A stretch of DNA of 64,000 nt from Candidatus Buchananbacteria bacterium. GTDB taxonomy: Bacteria > Patescibacteriota > Patescibacteriia > 2-01-FULL-39-33 > JBAYJR01. Each line of letters starts with the position of its first letter. Positions within the stretch are counted from its first letter, which is position 1. The stretch is from the NCBI GenBank assembly GCA_041665005.1, contig JBAYJR010000003.1, forward strand, positions 17,102 to 81,101. Direction: 5' to 3'. This document shows positions 19,850 through 28,646 of this stretch, one piece after another. A program made the translations under genes and the position numbers. Under the pieces are notes generated by a model, which worked only from the letters and a program-made list of their open reading frames with translations, was not told where the DNA came from and ran no database searches.

Positions 19850-20566
19850 ATGAAAACAAAATATAGACCTGGAACCTTCATCACGGTTCCCAGTAAATAC
19901 AGAATCAAAGAAATTGATGCGATCGGTCAAAGCGTCTATATGTGGCTTTCTGATCACGCTAATTCAGCCGGTCTTTGCTTCCCGAGCATCAACAGATTGG
20001 CAAAGCTTTGCAAGGTAACCAAAAATACAATAAAGGATCGTATTCGTAAGCTGGAGAAATTGGGGTTAGTAAGAAAACAATTGCGAAAGAAAAACAACAA
20101 AGAGAACCAATCCAATTTATATCAAGTCGTAGAAGATAATTGGATGCCGACCGATAAGGGTAGGTCAGCACATGACCAACCCGGGTCACCAAGTGACCGC
20201 GGGGTAGATCAACAGATGGCTGGTAACTCAAATCATTCTGAACTCAATCCACAGGACCAAAGCATATATATGCCCTTGCCTCCTCGAAAAACCGCTACAA
20301 TCGATTATCTTGAAAACATTTCCGAGAGTGATGTTATGGAAATCGCCGAGAAATACGGAGTAAGCCGCGAATTTGTACGTGACAACGTAGAAAACGTAAC
20401 CCTCCATTGCGCTTCAGTCGGTAAGGAATACAAAAATTATAAAGCCACTCTCATCCGTTTTATAAAGATCAACAAAGAAAGAATGTGGGAAAAAGAACAT
20501 GCAGGAAAGCCCAAAGGAATTTTCAAGTCGTACCACAGCAAATACGCCGGTATTGGAGATAAATGA
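19850..20566 (+). CDS. Winged-HTH protein (HTH_36-like), putative replication or regulatory protein of the element
   Basis: 'FPSINRLAKLCKVTKNTIKDRIRKLEKLGLV' wHTH, typical of phage and plasmid replication-initiator N-termini. Confidence 0.5.
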   Translation: MKTKYRPGTFITVPSKYRIKEIDAIGQSVYMWLSDHANSAGLCFPSINRLAKLCKVTKNTIKDRIRKLEKLGLVRKQLRKKNNKENQSNLYQVVEDNWMPTDKGRSAHDQPGSPSDRGVDQQMAGNSNHSELNPQDQSIYMPLPPRKTATIDYLENISESDVMEIAEKYGVSREFVRDNVENVTLHCASVGKEYKNYKATLIRFIKINKERMWEKEHAGKPKGIFKSYHSKYAGIGDK

Positions 20567-20658
20567 CAAGCAATATGGGGCAACTCATCCATTACCTTGA
20601 CTTACAATCACTATCCCGGCACCTGTTGTAGTAAGGTCGAAAATTAACCAATAAAAAT

Positions 20659-21162
20659 ATGAACAAAGCAACAATTACAAAGAAGAGGGCGGCGATCTAT
20701 CTTCGGACCGCCAACGATGATCAACAAGGGTCTGGAATCGCAGAGCAAGAAGTACAGTTGAGGGCTTTTGTAGCCTCGAACGACTACTTGGTCGATAAAA
20801 AGCACGTATACAAAGACAGTGGCGTTTCCGGACTACTTCCATTGGAAAAAAGGTCAGGGGCAAAAAAATTATTTGAAGGCGCGGAGAGGCATGAGTTTGA
20901 CTTGATAATCGTCAAAGGAGTCGACAGAATCTCCCGAGGCTATCACCATTTTTTTGAAATGTTAGACAAATTCTCACGCCTCAAAGTAGGCATCAAGGCT
21001 GTAGATGGGTCGATTGATACGCTAACTACTTCCGGTAAAGCAAGGGCTGGACTTCTGACAACAATGATGACGGCGATGGCGAGGTTCGAAAATGATGCCC
21101 TGCGAGAAAGATTAATGCGCGGAAAGCTTGCCGCCAAAGAAAGACGACCAATGAATAAATAA
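20659..21162 (+). CDS. Truncated serine-recombinase catalytic-domain paralog with the nucleophile replaced (RTANDDQ instead of RVSTDEQ). No DNA-binding domains.
   Basis: About 40% identical to the N-terminus of the downstream recombinase. The leader sequence AAAATTAACCAATAAA is duplicated upstream of both genes. Confidence 0.7.
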   Translation: MNKATITKKRAAIYLRTANDDQQGSGIAEQEVQLRAFVASNDYLVDKKHVYKDSGVSGLLPLEKRSGAKKLFEGAERHEFDLIIVKGVDRISRGYHHFFEMLDKFSRLKVGIKAVDGSIDTLTTSGKARAGLLTTMMTAMARFENDALRERLMRGKLAAKERRPMNK

Positions 21163-21184
21163 TTAAAATTAACCAATAAACACC

Positions 21185-22909
21185 ATGGAAACAATAATAA
21201 GCACGAAGAAAATAAGAGCGGCGATCTACATGCGAGTTTCCACAGACGAACAGCTGAAGGGGCATGGAATGGCGGTTCAAGAAGAAAAATTAAGATACTT
21301 CGTAAAAGCCAACGATTACATACTCGAAGAAAAGCACGTCTACAAAGACGAAGGGTTTTCGGGATCACTGCCGGTTGAGCATCGGCCGGACATACAGAGA
21401 CTGATGGAAAATGGAAAGAAATCAGAATTTGATGTAGTTCTGGTTTGGAAGCTTGATAGAATGTTTCGGAGTGCGCGTCTGATGCTCAACATGGTCGAGG
21501 ACTTATCGAAATATAAAGTCGGGGTAAAATCTGCAACCGAGCCATTCGATACGACAACCATTTTCGGGAAAGGAATGGTCGGCTTCCTCGCAGTCATGGC
21601 AGAGATGGAAAGGGACACTATCAGGGAAAGGACCACGGGTGGAAGAATCAGGGCCGCGCAAAGTGGTAAGTGGGTAACAGGAGTCCCCCCTTACGGATAT
21701 AATCTCATAAAAGAAACCGGACAACTTGAGATAAATAAAGAGGAGGCGAAATGGGTGAAGATGTACTTTAAGTGGATTGTTGCGGATCGATTGCCTCTGC
21801 GTGAGATTCAGAGAAGGGCTAATAATATGAAAATACCGATTGCTCGCAGAAAGGTCTCAAACAAAAAGACTCATAACTACTGGCATACTCGAACGATTGG
21901 CAGAATGTTGACCAATGAAACCTATACTGGAACAGCATTCTTCAGAAAGTACAAAAGACCATTCAAAAACCTGACCAGCGTTACCGACGAAAGCCTTCTC
22001 AGGGAAAAAGCCGGATGGATAAGCATTAAAGTCCCGGCAATCATTACCAGGGAGTTATACGATACCTGCATAAAACAACTCCTCAAAAATCGTGAGTTTT
22101 CCAAACGGAACCTAAAGCGAACATATCTTTTTTCAAAGCTTATTTATTGTGGATCATGCGGATTCAAGCTCTTTGGAGGATATCAGCCACCAAGGAAAGA
22201 CGGGCGTGCGGGTACCAAGTACTATCATGGTTGGTGTACCAAAGCTGAGGTCGGGATCAGCAGAAGATGCCTAACGTGTGAGCAGGTATCAGAGATGCGC
22301 CTTCTTCCGATATGGGAACGACTGAAAGAAATCCTGAAGAAGCCGGAATTAACACTGGAAAAACTCGCAAGGTACAACACTGAGAAGATTAAACAGGACG
22401 ATACAGAAGAAAAGCTGGACCAGATCAAAAAGACCTTTGAGACGCTGGCCACCAAACGGCAAAGGCTCGGAATGTTATTCTCAGAAGGTGAATTTGACCA
22501 TGACAGCTACAAGAAGGCTCTGATAGAATGTAAAAGCCAAGAAGAACAACTCCGACAGGAACAACTAAGGCTCGAGCGTCAGCTACTCACAAAGAAAGAG
22601 ATCCGGGAGATAGCGAACGTCATCGATGGGCAGTATAAGAAGCTCATAGCACGACTGGACTCGCTGACATACGAAGAAAAACAAGAAGCAATCAGGCTGG
22701 TAGTAAACAGAGTAACGGTATATCCTAAGAGGGCTGAGGCCGAAGTAGAGTTCAACTTCAATCCAAATATTCAAACACCATCGCCTCTTATTGGGGCAAT
22801 CCGGGAGCCTGTCTATGCTCAATTGCAGGACAATAACGCTAAGACCGGTCTCACAACCATAACGGGGGTAGGGGTAAATAGTGGGTTGCGGGGCGTTAGC
22901 CTTGGATGA
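21185..22909 (+). CDS. Large serine recombinase (integrase)
   Basis: 'AAIYMRVSTDEQ' catalytic motif, recombinase domain, Cys-rich zinc ribbon 'CGSCGFKL...CLTCE', coiled-coil. The 3' end reads across the right junction. Confidence 0.9.
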   Translation: METIISTKKIRAAIYMRVSTDEQLKGHGMAVQEEKLRYFVKANDYILEEKHVYKDEGFSGSLPVEHRPDIQRLMENGKKSEFDVVLVWKLDRMFRSARLMLNMVEDLSKYKVGVKSATEPFDTTTIFGKGMVGFLAVMAEMERDTIRERTTGGRIRAAQSGKWVTGVPPYGYNLIKETGQLEINKEEAKWVKMYFKWIVADRLPLREIQRRANNMKIPIARRKVSNKKTHNYWHTRTIGRMLTNETYTGTAFFRKYKRPFKNLTSVTDESLLREKAGWISIKVPAIITRELYDTCIKQLLKNREFSKRNLKRTYLFSKLIYCGSCGFKLFGGYQPPRKDGRAGTKYYHGWCTKAEVGISRRCLTCEQVSEMRLLPIWERLKEILKKPELTLEKLARYNTEKIKQDDTEEKLDQIKKTFETLATKRQRLGMLFSEGEFDHDSYKKALIECKSQEEQLRQEQLRLERQLLTKKEIREIANVIDGQYKKLIARLDSLTYEEKQEAIRLVVNRVTVYPKRAEAEVEFNFNPNIQTPSPLIGAIREPVYAQLQDNNAKTGLTTITGVGVNSGLRGVSLG

Positions 22910-23513
22910 ATTGCCAGAATTTCCTCGTCAGGTTTTAGAAAATTTACGTCAGCCTTTAGAGGATGGTATTATCTCGGTGTCGCGAGTGCAGGGAACCTTG
23001 CAGTTTCCGGCTAAATTTATTTTAGTCGCGGCAATGAATCCTTGTCCTTGCGGTTATGCCACGGATCCAGACCGGCAATGTATTTGCGGCGCCAGTCAGA
23101 TTATTAAATATCAGAAAAAGATTTCGGGACCACTACTTGATCGAATCGATTTGCATGTGGAAGTGCCCAAAGTTAAGTTTGAAAAATTGGCTGACGATAG
23201 TTTGGCCGAAGATTCGGTTGCTATTCGTCAGCGCATTCAACAGGCGAGAACTCAGCAATTAACCCGGTTTAAGGGGTTAAATTTAGTAACTAATTCAGAA
23301 ATGTCTCAGCAGCAAATTAAAGAATTTTGTCAGATAGATGTGGCAACTCAGCAGCTATTAAAAACTGCCGTGGAACAACTACAACTTTCAGCTAGAGCTT
23401 ATTTTAGAATTTTAAAATTGGCGCGCACTATTGCGGATTTGGCCTCCAGTGTTAAAGTAGAATTAGCCCATGTGGCTGAGGCCCTACAGTATCGGCCTAA
23501 AATTTCGGAATAA
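22881..23513 (+). pseudogene. comM: ComM/YifB 3' fragment (C-terminal AAA lid / Mg-chelatase C domain) downstream of the insertion. Begins '(V)GCGALALDELPEF'.
   Basis: 'DELPEF...RQVLENLRQPLEDG...NPCPCGY' is the conserved continuation of ComM after 'GVLFL'. There is an in-frame stop just upstream. Confidence 0.8.
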
Positions 23514-23526
23514 ATTTTTAAATAAA

Positions 23527-23560
23527 AAACCGCTTGATTTACATCAGGCGGTTTATTTTT
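23527..23560. terminator. Bidirectional rho-independent terminator (CCGCTTGAT-ttaca-ATCAGGCGG, flanked by A-run and T-run)
   Basis: Hairpin plus flanking runs between convergent genes. Confidence 0.55.
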
Positions 23561-23886
23561 TGGTAAAGTGGCAATAAGCTTTGTTTGCCAAAGATAACTT
23601 TTGGCCGCTTGCCCTTTGAATTAAATTTGGCGATAAACTTTATTTTAGCTGCCTCAACAATAGCGAGAAGGGCGAGATTGTTCCTGTTTGGTCGATAAAC
23701 AACTAACAGTATATCAAACAGAGCAATTTCTTTTGCTTGGGTTTCAGTAAGAAAAAAGGAAACATCAGTACTTCCGTGTTGTCCCTCGCACCTACCCGTT
23801 ATTAAAAATTTTTGTGTTTCCCGACGCCAGTCTTTTCTCCCAACTTCAATTCTCGCTATGTTTGTAAGGGGAAAATATTTTGACAT
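23539..23886 (-). CDS. Hypothetical protein
   Basis: ORF track. Confidence 0.4.
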   Translation of the reverse strand: MSKYFPLTNIARIEVGRKDWRRETQKFLITGRCEGQHGSTDVSFFLTETQAKEIALFDILLVVYRPNRNNLALLAIVEAAKIKFIAKFNSKGKRPKVIFGKQSLLPLYQKINRLM

Positions 23887-23991
23887 TAGCCATGCCTCCT
23901 GTTATTTTTTTTATTGATTGCAACTTAACATTTTATTCGGCAATTGTCAAGAGGTTTGTTAATTTTTTTAATAAATTATTAAGAGCTATTT

Positions 23992-25224
23992 TTATCTAAT
24001 ATAACTTAGCGGGTTGACTCTAGTGCCGTTAACCCCGCCTAATCTTACTTCAAAATGTAAGTGTGGCCCGGTGGAGCGACCAGTTGAACCCATAGCCGAA
24101 ATCAATTCGCCACGTTCAACGGTTTGTCCTGGTTCCACATAAATTTTGGAGTTATGTCCGTAAAGAGTATATTTGCCATTGCCGTGATTAATAATAATAT
24201 AGTAGCCGTAACCGGTTTTACCATAAACGACTTTAGCAACCACGCCATTGTCGGCCGCATAAATTGGGGCACCTAAGCCACAAGCAACATCAGCCCCGGT
24301 ATGCCAGATACCACGGAAGTATTGAGTAATGCGGCGACAGGTAGTAGGCCAAATCATCCCGCCAGCACTAACGGTAGTGCTTTGATAAACTGTTGTTGGA
24401 GCCTTGGTTTTAGCTGGAGTAACCACCGCCGGGGCTTGGTAAATAATTTTACCTTCAGGGATAACCAAAGTGTCACCAATGGTTAAGGTATTATTACTAA
24501 CGTAGTTAAAGTTTTCAATTTTTTCTTCAGTCGCTTGGTATTTTTTAGCAATTGAGGAAATGGTGTCACCTTTTTTTACTTTATGTAAAACACCACTGAC
24601 CGGCAGAATATTCAAAGTCGCACCGGGCTTTAAGTAAGAATTTAAGGTTAGGCTGTTAGCCCAGAGAATGGTGTTAGTAGAGATATTAAAGCGTTGGGCC
24701 AGGGCATAGAGCGTATCACCTTTTTGGATTATATATTTTTGGACGCGAGTACGTTTAAGTTCTTCGGGCGTGGTAATTTCTGGTTTAACTAAAGCGCCAC
24801 TGCCAAGCAGTAAAGATTCCGCAGAGGTGTTGTCACTTTCGGTTTCGTTGGCAAGTTGATTAAGAATTTCGCTGGCGTCGGGGTTACTAACTACGGCCAC
24901 AGTATTAGCCGGGCCGCTGTCTTCAATTAATTCTTCATTTTGTCCTAAAATTTTTACAATTAAACTTTGTTGGCCATAATCTTGGGCTTGGACGCGATTA
25001 GAATTTAGTAAGCTATAAATAATTACCAAGCCCGCGCCAAATACAAACAGTACGGTTAAAAAATGTTGGTTGGTAACCAATTTAAGCCAACCTTGGTAAC
25101 TTTTTAATTCCCAATTTTTAAGTTGCCGTTTAAATTGTAAATATGATTTATATAATAATAAAAATAGCCAGCGAATTAACGGAGTTAATTTAATTAAGAA
25201 ATGTTGATAAAAATTTAACCACAT
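23992..25224 (-). CDS. LysM-domain M23 family metallopeptidase (peptidoglycan endopeptidase)
   Basis: Two LysM repeats ('YIIQKGDTLYALAQRF', 'HKVKKGDTISSIAKKY') and the M23 motifs 'HTGAD' and 'GPHLHFEVR'. N-terminal TM. Confidence 0.85.
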   Translation of the reverse strand: MWLNFYQHFLIKLTPLIRWLFLLLYKSYLQFKRQLKNWELKSYQGWLKLVTNQHFLTVLFVFGAGLVIIYSLLNSNRVQAQDYGQQSLIVKILGQNEELIEDSGPANTVAVVSNPDASEILNQLANETESDNTSAESLLLGSGALVKPEITTPEELKRTRVQKYIIQKGDTLYALAQRFNISTNTILWANSLTLNSYLKPGATLNILPVSGVLHKVKKGDTISSIAKKYQATEEKIENFNYVSNNTLTIGDTLVIPEGKIIYQAPAVVTPAKTKAPTTVYQSTTVSAGGMIWPTTCRRITQYFRGIWHTGADVACGLGAPIYAADNGVVAKVVYGKTGYGYYIIINHGNGKYTLYGHNSKIYVEPGQTVERGELISAMGSTGRSTGPHLHFEVRLGGVNGTRVNPLSYIR

Positions 25225-25419
25225 TTGGCCTAGTAAGTGACTAGACCAAGTTAAGATTTTTAATAAATAAACTAATAGCTTGACTATTAGTTGTTTAGTT
25301 TTGTAGATAATTTTATGTAGGATATTTTTGCTGAATTAACTAATTAAAATAATTATTATTTCAGCCGGTAGTCTGCAAGGTATTTTAACATTTATAGCCA
25401 AAAAAATCAACCCCAGGAT

Positions 25420-26367
25420 TTGGCAGTTGGCTTTTTTTGTGCTAAGTTAATAACAAATATGCAAAACTTTAAAGTGATTGAACCCCTAGTTTATTTTGAG
25501 TTATTTGATTACCCCTTAACGGCGGTAGAAGCTTGGCAGTATCAACGACAGAGCAGTAATTTGGCTGAGGTAATTAATAGTTTAACCAACCTAAAATCCG
25601 TGGAGGGTTATTATTTAATTACTGATCGGCCAGAGCTGGTGGCAACCAGAAAAGAACGCTACTTATTAGCCGAGCAGAAATTAAGAAAACGGGGCTGGGT
25701 TTTAAAAATTTTAGCTAATTTGCCGTTTGTGCGAATGATCGCGATTTGTAATTCTTTGGCTTATAATAATTCCCGAGCTGAGGGGGATATTGATTTATTT
25801 ATTATTACCACGCCCGGCAAAATTTGGACCAGTCGTTGTTTGGCCAATCTTTTTTTGTGGTTGTTTAATCTTCGGCCCAAAACTACGCAAACTCAAGATA
25901 AGCTTTGTTTATCTTTTTGGGTGACCGCTGATAATTTAAATTTACAGCCGGCTACTTTGGGAGAAGCTGATATTTATTTTCAGTATTGGCTGGCTACTTT
26001 GTGGCCAATTTATGATGCCGGGGGTTACTATACTTCTTTAGTTAGAGAAAATGTTTGGTTAAAAAAATTTTTACCTAATTGGTCCGGTAAATTGCCGCCG
26101 CCTCGACGGCGGGTTAATTTGGGAGCGTTTGGTTATTTTTTAAAAAAGCTAGGGGAAAAATTGTTGGTGGCTAACTGGCTTGAAAAATTAATTCGGGAGC
26201 GATCGTTAGAAGAAATGCCAAAAGCGTTGACAGATTTAGCCAACCAAGACACCCGGGTGCTAATTAATGAACAGATGTTAAAATTACACACCAAGGATCG
26301 TCGTCAGGAATATCAAGATAAATATCAGCAAAAATTAGCCAGTCTTTATGGACCACAAAATTCTTAA
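25420..26367 (+). CDS. Hypothetical protein with a polymerase-beta-like nucleotidyltransferase motif
   Basis: 'NSLAYNNSRAEGDIDLFII' (G[S]...DxD). The start may be the Met at 25450. Confidence 0.45.
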   Translation: MAVGFFCAKLITNMQNFKVIEPLVYFELFDYPLTAVEAWQYQRQSSNLAEVINSLTNLKSVEGYYLITDRPELVATRKERYLLAEQKLRKRGWVLKILANLPFVRMIAICNSLAYNNSRAEGDIDLFIITTPGKIWTSRCLANLFLWLFNLRPKTTQTQDKLCLSFWVTADNLNLQPATLGEADIYFQYWLATLWPIYDAGGYYTSLVRENVWLKKFLPNWSGKLPPPRRRVNLGAFGYFLKKLGEKLLVANWLEKLIRERSLEEMPKALTDLANQDTRVLINEQMLKLHTKDRRQEYQDKYQQKLASLYGPQNS

Positions 26368-27640
26368 AGTCGCTCGAGGGTTATTTTATCTCTTTATTTT
26401 TTTATTGCCGTGGCAAACTCGGTATTTTTTGCTGCGCGCCAGTAGTGGGGGCTATGAATTAGAGGCGGGCAATTTGGCAATTTACGGCACGGAACTATGG
26501 TTGTGGGTAATTATGATTTTAGCCATTAGCAGTTTATTTAAAAAAAGTTTTTGGTCGGAAGCAGTTGGTAAAATAAAATTTTTAAAATTTAAGCCACAAT
26601 TTTTGGTGGTGAGCTTGTTTATTATCTGGTCTGGCTTATCAATTTTTTGGTCAGTTAATGGTGCAGTGGCTTATTGGCAGTGGTTTAAATTATTAGAAGC
26701 CATGGCGGCGGGCAGTTTGATTATAATTTTGAAAGTTGATTTTAAAAAGATTGCCACCATGTTAGCAGCCAGCGGGGCAGCACAAGGTTTGCTAGCTTTT
26801 TGGCAATTTAGTACTCAACAAATTGTGGCTAACAAGTGGTTGGGGCTGGCCGCGCAAAACCCCGCAGATTTAGGAGTGTCGGTGGTAGAAAACACCGGCC
26901 GTTGGTTGCGGGCTTATGGCTCTTTTCCTCATCCTAATATTTTAGGTGGTTTTTTGGCCGTTACCATTTTAGTTAGCGTCTATTTGATTATTCAGAGTGA
27001 TAAATTGCGAATCCGGTTGTGGCTGTTAGTCGCTTTAGTTTTACAAGTTTTGGGATTAGTTTTAACTTTTTCACGAGCGGCAATTTTTTTGGGTCTGGGT
27101 TTGGCAATAATTTATAGTTTATTGTTAATCAAAAATAAGTTAACCCGCCGCCGGGCTGCGGTAGTTTTAATAAGTTTGGTTTTAGTGGCGACAGTAGGCT
27201 ATGGTTTGTGGGGAGAGTTGTTAATTAATCGTTTTACAGACAGTCGTTTAACTATTAAATCAAACAATGAACGACAAATTGAACTAGAACGGGCTTATTC
27301 TATGATTAAGGCTCGGCCACTTTGGGGTTGGGGGTTAGGTAGTTATCAGTTAGCTTTGCTTAAGTTAAATCCGGGCCAACCGGCTTATCAATATCAGCCG
27401 CCACATAATTTGTTTTGGTTAACGTGGGCCGAATTGGGTTTGGTGGGTTTAAGTTTGTGGTTATTGATTTTAATAATTACGGTTTGGCAGGCGATTAAAC
27501 AAAAATCCGGCTTTGTGGTCTACGGTTTGGGGTTAATTTTTTTGTTAATCTGGTTTGATCATTATTTCTGGGCCAGTTGGTCAATGTTGGTAATTTTTTG
27601 GTTAATGATCTATTTTGGCCTAATAAAAAAAGAGGAATAA
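26348..27640 (+). CDS. O-antigen ligase / Wzy-like polytopic membrane protein
   Basis: 10-12 TM. 'FSRAAIFLGLGLAI' Wzy_C-like segment and a large periplasmic loop. Confidence 0.6.
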   Translation: MDHKILKVARGLFYLFIFLLPWQTRYFLLRASSGGYELEAGNLAIYGTELWLWVIMILAISSLFKKSFWSEAVGKIKFLKFKPQFLVVSLFIIWSGLSIFWSVNGAVAYWQWFKLLEAMAAGSLIIILKVDFKKIATMLAASGAAQGLLAFWQFSTQQIVANKWLGLAAQNPADLGVSVVENTGRWLRAYGSFPHPNILGGFLAVTILVSVYLIIQSDKLRIRLWLLVALVLQVLGLVLTFSRAAIFLGLGLAIIYSLLLIKNKLTRRRAAVVLISLVLVATVGYGLWGELLINRFTDSRLTIKSNNERQIELERAYSMIKARPLWGWGLGSYQLALLKLNPGQPAYQYQPPHNLFWLTWAELGLVGLSLWLLILIITVWQAIKQKSGFVVYGLGLIFLLIWFDHYFWASWSMLVIFWLMIYFGLIKKEE

Positions 27641-27656
27641 AATTCCTCTTTTAGGT

Positions 27657-28064
27657 TTAATAAATTTTTAGATCCGGCTCAATCTTTTCCAAGAGCCAGT
27701 TTTTTAAAAATTGTCGGGAAGATCCTGCGGCGGTCCATTCTCGGTCACCGCAATCTGTAATTAAGTGTCGTTTGTTAATTAACAACACCAGTGGTGTGAC
27801 ATTGTTTTTAATGGGTTTTTCAGTAACGACGCAACAGCAATCGTTTTTGGTACACCAAGCAGTAAAGGTTCGGCAGGTAAACAGGTTGTTTGTACCAATT
27901 AATTGGTCTAACCATTCTTCCTTTTCTATTTCGGTGTTTTCGTTATCTTTTGCTTCAGATAATAAACTAGCTAAATTCTCTGGTCCTTCTGGTTTTAGTT
28001 TTAGATGTTGGCATCTTGGCATGTCAATATCTGCCCACCATACTTTTTGGGTTTTTTGGTCCAT
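27657..28064 (-). CDS. Hypothetical Cys-rich protein
   Basis: ORF track. 'CTKNDCCCV' cluster. Confidence 0.4.
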   Translation of the reverse strand: MDQKTQKVWWADIDMPRCQHLKLKPEGPENLASLLSEAKDNENTEIEKEEWLDQLIGTNNLFTCRTFTAWCTKNDCCCVVTEKPIKNNVTPLVLLINKRHLITDCGDREWTAAGSSRQFLKNWLLEKIEPDLKIY

Positions 28065-28147
28065 ATTTTCCTCCTATTTGTTAGTTTGAATTTAGCATCA
28101 AAAAACAAAAAAGTCAAGCCCGGCAAAGTAGGCTTAGTTAGCGGCTC

Positions 28148-28176
28148 TTGACAGGGTGGTCGGGCTTGGTTAAAAT
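28148..28176 (+). promoter_or_regulatory. groESL promoter: TTGACA, 17 bp spacer, TAAAAT
   Basis: Hexamers directly upstream of the CIRCE element. Confidence 0.55.
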
Positions 28177-28192
28177 AGGAATAGGTTATAAA

Positions 28193-28219
28193 TTAGCACT
28201 CTACCATTTAGAGTGCTAA
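28193..28219 (+). promoter_or_regulatory. CIRCE operator (HrcA binding site): TTAGCACTC-N9-GAGTGCTAA
   Basis: Perfect match to the CIRCE consensus, about 30 bp upstream of groES. Confidence 0.85.
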
Positions 28220-28250
28220 ATCATCTCTTTATTATTAATCATTAAATTCT

Positions 28251-28523
28251 ATGAATTTAAAACCTTTAGGCGATCGTTTAATCGTTAAACCTTTAGAGCA
28301 AGAAGAAATTACCGCGGCGGGCATTGTTTTACCGGATTCGGCTAAAGAAAAAAAAGCCGAAGGCGAAGTTTTAGCCGTGGGTAACGGTGAAAAGATTGTT
28401 AAACTACAACTTAAAAAGGGCGATAAGGTTTTGTACGGCAAATATGCCGGGGAAGAAGTTAAGGTAGGTGAAGAGGAATACAAAATTTTAACTCACGAAG
28501 ATGTGTTAGCGGTGGTGGAGTAA
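28251..28523 (+). CDS. groES: Co-chaperonin GroES
   Basis: '[19 protein letters not shown]...[11 protein letters not shown]' Cpn10 signature. Confidence 0.95.
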   Translation: MNLKPLGDRLIVKPLEQEEITAAGIVLPDSAKEKKAEGEVLAVGNGEKIVKLQLKKGDKVLYGKYAGEEVKVGEEEYKILTHEDVLAVVE

Positions 28524-28646
28524 GGTAAAAAGTAAATAGCAAAAAGTAAAATTAAGGCAGGCGCTTTGCGCATAAATTGATTAAATAATCGCCGCAGGCG
28601 ATACTAAAATTTTAAACTTTAATTTTTAAATTTTAAATTAACAATT

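Larger units (their letters stand above)
9381..22909 (+). mobile_element. ~13.5 kb integrative element (serine-recombinase type) inserted in comM. Cargo is a Type III R-M operon, a SEC-C protein, an SNase nuclease and unknown ORFs.
   Basis: Interrupted comM halves flank it. Both junctions carry the imperfect repeat GCGG(C/G)G(T)GTTA. GC is higher and codon usage different from host. A large serine recombinase gene abuts the right junction. Confidence 0.75.

Noticed and set aside
9381-22909. Interpreting the inserted element as a prophage
   Set aside because: There are no capsid, terminase, tail or lysis genes. The content is recombinases, R-M, a nuclease and regulators, which fits an integrative defence island better.
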